Both the position numbers and the translations under genes were made by a program. A stretch of DNA of 64,000 nucleotides from the human T2T-CHM13v2.0 reference genome, Homo sapiens. The stretch lies in assembly GCF_009914755.1 (NCBI RefSeq), contig NC_060931.1; one strand, given 5' to 3'. The first letter of the stretch is position 1, and each line of letters opens with the position of its first letter. This document shows, piece after piece, positions 35,202 through 49,045 of this stretch. The notes below the pieces were generated by a model. The model saw nothing but the letters and a program-made list of their open reading frames with translations, made no database searches and had not been told where the DNA came from.

Positions 35202-38200
35202 CGGATGACATTTTTAGACACATCCTGGACCAGAAGGGTACCCACTGCCTGAAGGAAACAACCCAGTCTAAGCAGGATTCATCACCTAATGACTAAAGAA
35301 CCCTGGAGCCTTGAATAAACATCAGCAATAGCCAGGCACTACTCACCAATGAACCTTGGATGAGACCCAGTACTGTGCTGGCATCAGGTGTGACCCAGCA
35401 CATTCCCAGCTATGGTGTCCACAGAGAAAGACTCCTTCTTGAGGAAAGGAGAGGGAAGAGTAAAAAGACTTTCTCTTGCAACTTGGGTACCAGCTCAGCC
35501 ACAGGAAAAGAAAGCACCAGTAGATTCCTAAAGTTTCCAGTTCTAAGCCCTAGCTCCTGGACAGTATTTCTAGACCCACCCTTGGCCAGAAGAAAACCCC
35601 CTCGCCCTGAAGGGAAGGACACACGTCTAGCTGGATTTATTACTGCTGACTAAGGAGCCCTAGGGCTCAGTGGTAGCCAGGCAATAGTTGCCACAGGCCT
35701 CTGGTGAGACCCAGTACTGCTCCGGCTTCAGGTCTGACTCAGCACAGTCCCAGTGGTGGTGACCACAGGAGTGTTTGTGACCCCTTTCCCCCCAATTCCA
35801 GACAGCTCAGCATGGAGAGAGAGATTCTGTTTGTTTGAGGAAAGGTAAGGAAAGAGAACAAGAGACTCTGCCTGTTAATCCAGAGAATTCTGGATTAGGC
35901 AAACAAAAGCCAAGAGATTTTTGTCAACACCAGACCTGTCCTACAAGACATGCTAAAGGGAGTTATTCAGTCTGAAAGAAAAGGATGTTAATGAACTATA
36001 AGAAATCATCTGAAGATGCAAAACTCATTGGTAATAGTAAGTACACAGACAAGTACAGAATAGTATAAAACCATAATCATGGTATGTAAACTACTCATAT
36101 TTTGAGTATTTTGAGTAGAGGGACTAAAAGATGAACCAATCAAAAATAAGTACTACAACCACTTTTAAGACATAGACAGACAGTATAATAAGATCTAAAT
36201 AGAAACAGCAAAATGTTTAAAAATGGGAAGAGTTTTATTGGTTTACAGTGTAGAGTTTTATTGGTTTTCTCTTTGCTTCTTTGTTAGTGTGTTTATACAA
36301 CCACAGTGTTAGCTTATCAGTTTAAAATAATGGGTTAGAAGACGTTATTTGCAAGCCTCATGATAATCTCAAATCAAAAAGCCTACAACAGATAAAAATT
36401 GAAATGCCAGAAATTAAAATGTACCACCAGGGAAAATCACCTTTATGAACACGAAGACTAGAAGAAAGGAAAGAAGGAAGGGAAGACTACAAAACAATCA
36501 GAAAACAAATAATAAAATGACGGGATATCAAAGAGATTTCTGTACTCCAGTGTTACATCAAGTTAAAAAAGCTTTTACACAGCAAAGGGGTGGTTAATGG
36601 ATACAAAAATATAGTAAGATTGAATAAGATGTAGTATTTGATAGCACAACTGAGTGATACAGTCAACAATAATTGTACATTTTAAAATAACTAAAAGATA
36701 TAATTGGATTGTTTGTAACACAAAGAAAAGATAAATGCTTGAGGTGTTGGATATCCCATTTGCCCTGATGTCACCATTACACATTGCATGCCTGTATCAA
36801 AGTATGTACCCCAAAAATATATACACATACTATGTACCCACAAAAAAATTTTTAAGAAAACAAAAACAAATGCTACTGAGCTATGATAACCAAAACAGTA
36901 TGGTACTGGCATAAAAACAGAATGAAACAGAATAGAGAACCCATAAATAGAATGGAACAGAATAGAGAATCCAGAAATAAATCCATACATTTACAGTGAA
37001 CTCATTTTTGACAAAGATGCCAAAAACATACATTGTAGAAAGGACAGTTTCTTCAACAAATGATTCTGGGAAAACGATATCCATATGCAGAAGCATGAAA
37101 CTAGACCCTTGTCTCTTACCATATATAAAAATCAAATCAAAATGGATTAAAGACTTAAATCTAAGACCTCAAACTGTAAACCTTCTAGAAGAAAACATTG
37201 GGGAAACTCTCTAGAGCATTGGTCTGGGCAAAGATTTTTTTAGTATATCCCAAAAGCTCAGGCAACCAAAGCAAAAATGGACAGATGGGATCATATCAAA
37301 TTAAAAACCTTCTGTACAGTGAAGGAAACAATCAACAAAGTCAGGAGAAAACCCACAGTATCGGAGAACGTATTTGCAAACTATCGTCTGAAAAGGGATT
37401 TACGACCAGAATATACAAGGAGTTCAAACAACTCTATTGGAAAAAAAAAAATCTAATAATCTCATTTAAAAAATGAGCAAAAGACCTAAGGAGACATTTC
37501 TCAAAAGAAGACAAACAAATGCTGAACCAGGTATATGAAAAGGTACTCAACATAACTGATCATCAGAGAAGTGCAAATCAAAACTACAATAAGATATTAT
37601 CTCACCTCAGTTAAAATGGCTTTCATGCAAAAGACAAGCAATAACAAATCCTGGCAAGGATGTGGAGAAAGGGGAGCTCTCGTACACTGTGGGAACATAA
37701 ATTAGTGCAACCACTATGGAAAACAGTTTGGAGGTTGCTCAAAAAACTAAAAATGTGCAATCCAGCAATCCTGCTCCTAGGTGTATACCCAAAATAAAGG
37801 AAATCAGTATATCAAAGAGATAATCTGCACTTCCATGTTTGTTGCAGCACTGTTGACAATAGCCAAGATTTGGAAGCAACCTAAGTAAGTGTCCATCAAC
37901 AGATGAATAGCTAGAGAAAGTGTGATACATATACACAATGGAGTACTATTCAGCCATAAAAAGAATGAGATCCTGTCATTTGCAACAACATGGATGGAAT
38001 TGGAGGACATTTTGTTAAGTGAAATAAGCTAGCACAGAAAGACAAACCACATGTTCTCACTCATTTGTGGAAGCTAAAAATTAAAACAAGCAAACTCATG
38101 AAGATAGAGAATAGAATGATGGTTACCAGAGGCTGGGAAGGGTAGTGGTGGCGGAGAGGTGAGGATAGTTAAAGAGTACAAAAATATAGTCAGATAGAGT

Positions 38201-41200
38201 GAATAAGATCTAGTGTTTAATAGCACAGCAGGTTGACTACAGTCAACAGAAACCTATTGTACATTTAAAAAATAAATAGTATAATTGGAATATTTGTAAT
38301 GGAAATGATAAATACTTGAGGTGAATGGATATCCCATTTCCTCTAATGTGGTTCTTATGCACCATATGCCTGTGTCAAAATATCTTATGTACCCCATAAA
38401 TAAACACATATACTGTTTACCCATAAAAATTTAAAATTTAAAAAAAGATAATCTCAATAGGTGCTGAAAGAGTATACAGTACAATTCAGCATCCTTCATG
38501 ATAAAAGCTCTCAACAAACTAGGCATAGAAGAAACATGCTTCAAAATAATAAATGCAGTAAATGACAAACCCACAGCCAGTGTTACATCGAACAGGAAAA
38601 AATTGACAGCATTCCCCCTAAGAAATGGAACAAGTATCCCCACTTTCACCATTGGAAAAGAGGAAGCTAAATTATTTCTGCTTGCTTGCGATAGGTGCTA
38701 AAGATGCCTAGATTTTATAAATGAATTCAGTACAGTTGCAGGATGTTAAGTAACGTACAAAAATTAGTAGCATTTCTATACATCAATAACAGTCAAGCTG
38801 AGAACCAAATCAAGAAGTCAATCCCATTTATAATAGCTACCAAAAAAAAAAAAAAAACAAAATAAAATAAAATACCTAGGAATACATTTAACCAAGGAGG
38901 TGAAAGATCTCTACAAGGAAAACTATGAAACACTGATGAAAGAAATTGTAGATGACACAAATGAATGGAAAAACATCCCATGCTCATGAATTAAAAGAAT
39001 CCATATCATTAAATTGACCATACTGCACAAGGCAATCTACAGATTCAGTGCAATTCCTATCAAAATATCAATGTCATTTTTCACAAAATTATAAAAAAAG
39101 ATTTTAAAATTCACATGGAACCACAAAAGAGCCTGAATAGCCAAAGCAATCCTAAGCAAAAAGGACAAAGCTGGAAATATCACATTACCTAACTTCAAAT
39201 TATAATGCAAGGCTACTAAGCAGTAACCAAAAAAGAATGGTACTGGTATAAAAATAGACACATAGATCAATAGAACAGAATAGAGAACCCAGAAATAAAG
39301 CCACATACCTACATTCAATTGATCTTTGACAAAGTTGACAAAAATATACACTACAAAAGGACACCCTATTCGATCTATGGTAACAATGCTGGGAAAATTA
39401 TACAGCCATATCCAGAAGAGTGAAACTGGACCCATATCTATCACCATATGCAAAAATTAACTCAACATGGATTAAAGACTTAAATGTAAGAACCTGAAAC
39501 TACAAAAATTCTAGAAGAAAACCTAGGAAAAAATCTTTTGGACATTGGTCTAGGCAAAGAATTCATGACTAAGACCTCAAAAGCAAATGCAACAAAAACA
39601 AAGATAGACAAGTTGAACTTAAATGAACTAAAAAGTTTCTGTATAGCAACAGAAAAAATTAACAGAATGAACAGACAACCTATGGAATAGGAGAAAATAC
39701 TTGCAAACTGTGTATCTGACAAAGGACTAATACCAGAATCCACAAGGAACTCAAACAACTAAACAAGAAAAAAAAAAAACAACCCCATTAAAAAAGCAGA
39801 CAAAGGACATAGACATTTTTCAAAAGAAGACATACAAATGGCCAAAAAGCATATGAAAAAAAAAATGTTCTCTAATCATCAGAGATGTGAAGATTAAAAC
39901 CAAAACACAATACCATCTTACAAGAGTCAGGATGGCTATAGTTAAAAAGTCAAAAAATTACAGGTGTTGGTAAGAATGCAGAGAAAATGGGAATGTAAAC
40001 TAGTACAACCATTATGGAAAACATTTGAACATTTGTCAAAGAATTAAAAATAGAACTCTCATTTTATACAGCAGTCCCACTACTGGATATTTACCCAAAG
40101 GAAAAGAAATAATGTATAAAGATACCTGCACTCATATGTTTATCGCAATGCTATTTATAATAGCAAAGCATTGGAATAAACCTACGCGTCCATCAATGGA
40201 TGATTGGATAAAGAAAATATAGTGTTATATACCATGGAACACTACTCAGCCATAAAAAAGAATGCAATCATTTATTTTGCAACAACATGGATAGAACTGG
40301 AGGCCATTATCTTAATTGAAATAACTCAGAAACAGAAAGTCAAATACCACACGTTCTCACTTATAAGTGGGTGCTAAATAATGTATACTCATGGACACAG
40401 AGAGTGGAATAATGGACATTGGAGACTCAGGTGGGTGAGTGGGATGAGGAACTACCTAATGGGTACAATGTACACTATTCAGGTAATGTAACTAAAAGCT
40501 TCACTGCTGTGAGATATAGCCACATAACAAAACTACACTTGTACTCACTAAATATATTTTTTAAAGTAAGAAATATGTATACTGTAATAGTCTTTCTGTG
40601 CAAATAAGATGTACTTCCTATGACAGTGACCTATTAAGCCTAATGGAAATATATTTCTAAATATTTTACTCGTATTTCTGATAGTAAGCAGTTCTCCCTT
40701 CTAGGTTCTCTGCTTATGTGACCTATTGAGGTTTTAAGCACAATTTTTTGGTTATAATTTAAATCGCATATACTTATCTTCACTAAAGCAGACCCATTGA
40801 CATTCTGCGTATCAGTGACTTTTACTTCTTTAAAATTAAAACAGAGAATTTAGTAGACATAAATTTAAATATACACAGAAATAAAAAGAGCAAAAAAAAG
40901 TTAGATGTATTTTCCCTAACCAGTTTTTCTTTTAAGTATCATATACATATATAGTTTTCTCTATTACCTCTTTCTTTTACAATACTTGAAGACTTCTGTT
41001 TATGTCACCTATTGCCTAATTTTATTAACTTAGATTAGAATTTATGATCATTTGATTTGTTGATGTGCAGTAACCTACACTTTCTGTTTGTAACCTTGAT
41101 GTATGCATTAAACAAAATTTTTTATAATTTAGTAGTTTAAAGCCTCATAATATACAGTTATTTATATAATTAGGAAAAAATTCATCAAGTAATTATGAAC

Positions 41201-41734
41201 GGTTTTCACAAATGAAATGTAATGTGTTCCACCCTTTGTTAACTAGGAAAAGTAGCACAAATCCTGTTTTTTTTCTACTTTGAATACCTAGTTTATTGGC
41301 ACAGAAAAGATCAAATTATATATCTTTTGAATAAATGTTGGTTTACAGTGTCCAAAATATTTCTTCTCACATCTACTCTTCTTTTCTAGCCTTCCCTTCA
41401 GAAACTTCTTGTTCTTGGCTTTCTGATTTCTTACTGACTACTCTTCTCCTGGATATTTTGGCTCATGGACCTTCAAGTCATCATTTCTTCCTTTCAGTTA
41501 TTCCTTTACCGCTACCTTAAGACAGTGACAGCAGTCAGCACGTACATTGTTTTGGGATCAATCCATAGATTCTGAGTGCTAGGGCAACTGGGTAAAGGTG
41601 ACAGAGAATGCCAGTTGAAGCTGCAACCACCCTTCTCTCTTACCATGGCTCTATATTATTGTGACCTTTTAGATCCTCTTCTCATGTCTTTTCTAGGCCA
41701 TTGCAAGGGAGAAGCTCCATTCCATGGTTGTTGT

Positions 41735-42186
41735 GGATACGTTCGTTTTCTATGCTATGTCATAGCATAGTGTCATAAACTATGTCATAAACACAAAGGT
41801 TTTGTGATCTAGCCTCACAATTCTGGAGGCTGGTAGTCTGAGATCAAGGTGTCAGCAGGATTGGTTTCTTCTCGACTGTGAGGGAGAATAAGTTCAATAC
41901 CCCTCTCCTACCTTCTGGTGACTTTCCGGCAACCTTTGGCATTCCTTAATGTATTATCCCAACCTCTGCTGTCACCTTTACATGGTGTTCTCCTTTATGT
42001 GTGTGTCTCTGTGTCCAAATTTTTCCTTTTTGTAAGGATATCAGTCATATTGGATTATGACCTCCAATGGCCTCATTTTTACTTGATTACCTCTGTAGAG
42101 ACCTTGTTTCCAAATAAGGTCATATTCTGAATACAGTGGGTTGGGACATCCTATCTTTTTACGGAGACACAATTCAGCACATATCA
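41735..42186 (-). mobile_element. MLT1 (B/C-like) MaLR LTR
   Basis: CTCACAATTCTGGAGGCT..GAGATCAAGGTGTCAGCAGG ... TTTCCAAATAAGGTCA...ACACAATTCA. Confidence 0.78.
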
Positions 42187-42385
42187 CTGGATATCTTATA
42201 ATAGCCAATGTCAGAGTATCCAAAACTGGGACACTCACCTTCTTCCTTTGATAAGCATGGTTCCACAACGTAAGGAAGGGAAAGTCTTCTGTTTTCCTTC
42301 TTTGCCCCTTACACTGTCACTAAAGAATGTCCAGGTAGTTCTCAAAAATATAATGGCCCAGGAACTACATTGGTATAAAAGGTAA

Positions 42386-42742
<357 letters not shown>

Positions 42743-43140
42743 TTAATAGGAAATTTGATATTATAACTGAGTACTAAGGGGAGCAGTCCAAAAGTAAATG
42801 GAAGATGAGAAGAAAAGCCTTTGAGGACCTAAGAGAGCCAGTTCTAGAGGACCTAGGATTTGGACCTCATTTGAGATTGGATGATGCATAGTAAAGAAAG
42901 GCATTGCAAATGAGGAGGAAGCATGGTGAGTTTGGAGTCTGTGTGGAGCATCAGTTTGTATGGAAGACATAGCCAGTGAAGACACTGACTGGAGCAGATT
43001 TATGTGGAAGCAGGACTTTTCTGTCTTGTTCTCCTTGGTACCTTCAGTGTCCATCCAAATGCTTGGCATACAGTAAGCACTGAATAAATGCTGATTTAAT
43101 GAATGACTATTAGAAAGGCAGAGCAAACTATTTTGGTTAG

Positions 43141-43600
43141 TGAGGAAAGAAAAAGAACATTTATCTTAGGAATGCAAGTCGTTTTAATTATTAGGCCCCA
43201 GAGAGACATTTAAATGAGACTGCAGTCATGCCCTGCTACCTGCTTTGAGTTATGTATTCATCTCTTGAAACTGCTTGCTCTTGCCACAAGTACCTACAAA
43301 TTAACCTAATAATGCCACATTGCACACTGTAACCCATACCCTATAGTTTAGCAATGTATAACCAATCACTAATCAATGTTTTTGTATAAGCCAGTGAGAA
43401 TTCCTGACAAACAACTTTGTATCAGTCCACTCCCTGTCCCCCTTTTTTGCCTTTAAAAATCCACTTGTAATTGCCGCTAAGTGGAGGGTATATTCAGGGC
43501 AACTTAAATCTGTGCTCCTGGGTTGCAGTCTTCAAGTTTGGCCCAAATGAGCTCTCTACTTGTATTCATTTTTGTCTCCGTTTCTTCCTTTTGGTCAACA
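43141..43600 (+). mobile_element. LTR47/MER72-like solo LTR
   Basis: TG...CA termini, 460 bp, 4-bp TSD TTAG (43137-43140, 43601-43604). Family name from recall. Confidence 0.7.
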
Positions 43601-43926
43601 TTAGCTAGGGTAGATTAAAATAGGTGCAGAAAAGTTCAAACATGATGGAATACGGTGCAGCTATAAAATTTTGAGATAGCAGATTGACATGAGCAAATTG
43701 TATTAGGAAGATTAGTCTGAGAGTAACATAAAGGCAGGATGAATTCAAGCTTAGAGTGTTGGAATTCTCAGAAATGAATAATAAGCTAGAATGTTTTGGA
43801 AATAATATTGGTGTGAGGCAAAGAAGATGTGAAGTTGGAAATAGAAGACAGACAAATCTAAGAGATACATGTTGAATCATTGAGCACCTATCATGTTATA
43901 TGACTAAATGTTTTTTTAATTTATTA

Positions 43927-44298
<372 letters not shown>

Positions 44299-45886
44299 TT
44301 AGGCCTTATACTTTTTGGGTACTCAATAGGTGTCAGTGGACAAATACAGAAGAAGGTAAATGATGTAGAAGTTTAATTTCCACCTTGGAGAGTTGGGTAA
44401 TGATTTATCTTTTGTGAAAAGTGTGAAATCAAGAATCTGTGTTTCTGGTTGTCAGGGACATAAGAAAATTTAATGTATTTCCAAGATGACTGCAGTACAT
44501 GCAGGTAGTCTTAGGATATGCCTGTTGATCATGACTGCAGATAGAGACTGGCTCATCTGGGAGAGTGGATGTGGCTCTGAATAGGGGGTGGGGGTTGAGG
44601 GGGGCAGGTCTTATATTTGGTTGGTTTTATTTTTTTTTTTTCATAAAGAGAACAGCATTAAAATCTCAGGAAGCTCAATTAAGGGTCAGAAGAATGAACA
44701 AGTGCTAAAACAAAGGGGGAAAAACAGAATCATAAAACAACTAAAATAGAGATTTAAACAGAGCTTTAATTTTTCCAATTATAATAATGCATTTATAATA
44801 ACACATCAATAAATGAAATTATGTAACACTAGAAAGTATAAAGGAAAAGGGAAGAAAATTACTCTATAAATCTACCACCAAGAGATAATCACTGTTAATC
44901 TTTTAGTATCTATTCTTCCACACTTTTCTGTATATGTATGTATAAACATGTATGATGTTTATATGTGTATATATGCATTTTTTTAGTAGGATCATTCCAT
45001 AAATTCTGTTTCCTAGTCTGATTGTTTTAGGCTTAATCGCATATATCTTCGTACATTTAACTATACATTCAAAAATGATAGTCATCATTTTTGGTGACTA
45101 TTTAATGTTCCCTGAATTCTTAGCTCTTCTTTTCCATCTTGCACATGGGACACCTTCTTACTTTTTCTCTCCAGGGACTTCTCTTCATGGAAGAAATTTG
45201 CCTTATAAAACACAATCTGGATTGATGTATCTTTTCTTACCAAGTTATCTGTGCTGTTGGTTCTGCCTGTTACTTCCATCCTGTTGATTCTTTTGTGTGC
45301 TCGCTAGCCTGTACTGTTAACTCCAAATTCTACATGTCTAGACTTGACTTCACATTCTTTTCTCACTCATGGGTAATACTAGTTGTGGTCCAAAAACTGT
45401 CATCCTAACATTGACAGACCAGAGGTTCAACTGTTCTGAGCTGTTTGAGTCCTTCTAGCTAAAGCCTTGGAATCTCCACAGTTTTCTGTCTAAAGCAATT
45501 TTATGTTGCCAGGATGGGCTGAGGCAGGAGGGCACTTCATTACTGATCTTTTCCCTTTTGTGTTTTAACCAATAAATACATAGGTCCAATGAACAAAATA
45601 AGTAATAAAATATTGGCTTTAATACTCAAAATTAGGGGTTCCCTCTTAAACTGTTAGTAGATGTGACTTTGTACTGTGTTAAATGAGCCATTTGATCCCT
45701 TTCATGCCTCGGGGATTGGAAGAGAGAGGTCTGCTTAGTAGATACTTAAACCAGATAGCTGTGTAAGAATAGCTTTGCAAACTTAGTTGATAGTAGAAAG
45801 CAGGAGAGAGTCCTGAAAAAGAGGTACCTGGATGATGTGTTCAAGCACAGGTGGTCAAAGAGAAGGAAATAGGAGACAGAGTTGAG

Positions 45887-46959
45887 TATTGCGGGAAGTC
45901 AGGGACCCCAAATGGAGGGACCGGCTGAAGCCATGGCAGAAGAACGTAGATTGTGAAGATTTCATGGACATTTATTAGTTCCCCAAATTAATACTTTTGT
46001 AATTTCTTATGCCTGTCTTTACTGCAATCTCTAAACATAAATTGTAAAGATTTCATGGACACTTATCACTTCCCCAGTCAATACCCTTGTGATTTCCTAT
46101 GCCTGTCTTTACTTTAATCTCTCAATCCTGTCAACTGAGGAGGATGTATATCGCCTCAGGACCCTGTAATAATTTCATTAACTGCACAAATTGTACAGCA
46201 TGTGTGTTTGAGCAATATGAAATGTGGGCTCCTTAAAAAAAGAACAGGATAACAGCAATTGTTCAGGGAATAAGAGAGATAACCTTAAACTCTGACCGCC
46301 GGTGAGCCGGGCGGAACAGAGCCATATTTCTCTTCTTTCAAAAGCAAATGGGAGAAATATCGCTGAATTCTTTTTCTCAGCATGGAACATCCCTGAGAAA
46401 GAGAATGTGCACCTGGGGGTAGGTCTCTAACCTGGCCCCCCGGGCGTTTAGTCTCAACTCTTATGGTCGAGACTGCAGAGATGAAATAGACTCCAGTCTC
46501 CCATAGCGCTCCCAGGCTTATTAGGAAGAGGAAATTCCCGCCTAATAAATTTTGGTCAGACGGGTTGATCTCAAAACCCTGTCTCCTGATAAGATGTTAT
46601 CAATGACAGTGGTGCCCGGAACTTCATTAGCAATTTTAATTTAGCCTCGGTCCTGTGGTCCTGTGATCTCGCCCTGCCTCCACTTGCCTTGTGATATTCT
46701 ATTACCTTGTAAAGTACTTGATGTCTGTGACCCACACCTATTCGCACACTCCCTCCCTTTTTGAAACTCCCTAATAAAAACTTGCTGGTTTTTGCAGTTT
46801 GTGGGGCATCACAGAACCTACCGACATGTGATGTCTCCCCCGGATGCCCGGCTTTAAAATTTCTCTCTTTTGTACTCTGTCCCTTTATTTCTCAAGCTGG
46901 CCAACGCTTCAGGAAAATAGAAAAGAACCTACATGAATATCGGGGCAGGTTCCCCGATA
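45887..46959 (+). mobile_element. MER11 (C-like; HERV-K HML-8) complete solo LTR
   Basis: TATTGCGGGAAGTCAGGGACCCC ... GGTTCCCCGATA; 1073 bp; 6-bp TSD GTTGAG (45881-45886, 46960-46965); AATAAA at 46773-46778. Confidence 0.92.
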
Positions 46960-47875
46960 GTTGAGAGTAGTGTTTTCAGGCACCCTGCCCTGATAATGTT
47001 TTATTTTTTAACCTCTGCTCCTCTTGTGGGGAGAGGTGAACAAAGAGATAGAAAAGCTTCCTCCCCAACCCTCCCAAGTGGTGGAAGTCTTGCTAAGAAT
47101 GTTGGTGTGAGTTGCAAAATGAGTGTCCCTCTCACCAATAAACATTAATTTTTATCCAAATCATTTTGCATCTTCTACCAGTCTCCCTTCTTCAAGTCGG
47201 CTGTCAGCACATCATTCCCAAGTTTTAAAACCTAGTGCCTCCTGTTTTCTTTTTCAACAAATATCAACTTTTATGCCTACTTTTCTAGCTTATAATTTCC
47301 ACCCACCTTTATTTCTCACTAACCTTCATATTCCTCAGGTCCTTTTTCTTTGCATTTCTTGTTTCTTCCTCTCTTCCAATCATATAAATCCTGCCTAGCC
47401 TTCAAAAACCAACTTGAGGAAGAATCCACACTTGGAACTTCCCTCTACTTGTCAGACCCAGAGTGAATTTTTCTCTTCTCAGTTTGCTGCATGTTTATGT
47501 GCTAAATTTAATGATTTTTAACTCTAATCCCAGAGATGCCTAAGATCCAAGGAGCCTCATTGGGGATGAAGGACAGTTGGCACAGATGGCACACTGAAGA
47601 CTCCCTGTACCCTCTTTAACCAAAAAGTTTCTGCTCGTACAGATTTTATATAATGGGATTTTATGTGAGATAATTTGGAGAGAGTTCCATAACTTAAAAA
47701 AGTGTTTGAGAAATGTTGCTCTCTAATAATAATACCAACTCATGTGTTACTCAGTCAAATGAAATACTGTTACTTGCATTTTTGTTTTATATGTATATGT
47801 TTTGTCTCATAAATTACACTGGAAGCTCCTTGAAATTAGTTATCTTTCTTTTCCCCAATGGGGAAGGATTCTAGA

Positions 47876-49045
47876 TAGAATCAACAAACCTAGAATCTGG
47901 GGACCTGCAATATTCTTTACTAGTGATACCCTTGGACCTGAGACTAAATATTTGATAGCTCCCTTCTTCTGTGTCCTTATCTGAAAAGTAGTAATGAGGT
48001 ATTAAATTCTTCAGATGAAAGAGTGATTAGGCCTTTGTATTGAAGTGCAGTGCCAAGCAAAGGGGATGTATTCTGTTGATTGATTCATTTTTAAATTTCA
48101 TTTTATAGATCTATGAAATTCATACTGAGATTTTAAGTGACACAAGCACTGCCTCTCTCAGTAATATCTCTCATTTTTAAAGACAGCTTATAAGAGAGTG
48201 TGGTACATAACACAAAGGAATGGATTGATAAAGATATGATATCATGCATTAGCAGCAAGTAAGGAGGATAGATTTTTCAGGAATGCCACTTCAATTATCA
48301 GTTTTTTGTGAGACTCACCCAGTCTTGTGACATAACTTCTCAATCCCATTTATGCCTTTTGGCCTAACTTTTTTACACTGATGCACAATATGTGAACTGG
48401 TACATTTTACTGAACTACATGTATAGCAAAGCCCCATTATTTATGTTTTTCTTACTACATTATTTAAGAAGTATACAGTTAATGAAAGTTCCATTGATTT
48501 GCTTATTTCCTTTGGATTACAACTACATTTGAGATGCAAGAGGGTAGCTTATTGCAATTAAGAAGTAGAAAAACAAGGCTGCTGAGTGGAATACTGAACT
48601 GAGAATAAAGTGCCTTTGTCACCATAGAGCCCCGTTGTTCTTTAAGCATTTTGTTAAAAGAGTGAATGAATGGAGCAGGATAGCACAATATTTTTTCTGT
48701 GTGCGGTACAAGGGTAGAGCTGTGGTTTTCTTGAGTCACTGAGACAGAAAGAAGAAAAACTTAAAAAGAAACAAAACTCTTTTCTGGCTAAAAGGTACTT
48801 TATACATATATACCCGTGATGTCGCTAGGATAAAAATAACTTTGCCCAATTCCTGAAAAGGAATTCTACTGGGTAGAATCAACAAACCTGGAATCTGGGG
48901 GCATACAATATAATTTACCAGTGATATCCTTGGGCCTGAAACTAAACATCTGATAGCTCCCTGCTTCTGTTTCCTTATCTGAAAAGTAGTAATGAAGTAC
49001 CCTCATCAGATGAAAGTGATTAGACCTTTATATTGAAGTGCGGTG
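47876..49045 (+). repeat. Dispersed direct duplication (copies at 47876-48052 and 48874-49045)
   Basis: The first 126 nt align without gaps with 15 mismatches (~88% identity) by manual count; similarity continues with small gaps. Confidence 0.9.

Larger units (their letters stand above)
34272..38447 (+). mobile_element. Nested L1M1-5'/L1MA2-3-like element(s), rearranged, with two 3' ends (~36860 and ~38447)
   Basis: L1M1-type 5' UTR (AAGCACCTTCATAAGAACC...CAGTACCTGGTTTTAAC), ORF1 end, inter-ORF region, ORF2 tail, and two L1MA 3' UTRs ending ...TACCCA(C/T)AAAAA. Confidence 0.75.
33063..40568 (+). mobile_element. 5'-truncated L1PB (L1PB4-like), split by a nested L1M element
   Basis: ORF2 remnants at 33063-34265 resume at ~38450 and end in an L1PB 3' UTR. 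Degraded TSD AGAAATATTTATGTTGTAA (33044-33062) / AGAAATATGTATACTGTAA (40569-40587). Confidence 0.8.

Noticed and set aside
33063-40568. Potentially active L1
   Set aside because: ORF2 is broken by stops, frameshifts, deletions and nested insertions; these are ancient subfamilies.
44584-44608. G-rich run as a G-quadruplex
   Set aside because: Only three long G-tracts plus GG; not a clean canonical motif.
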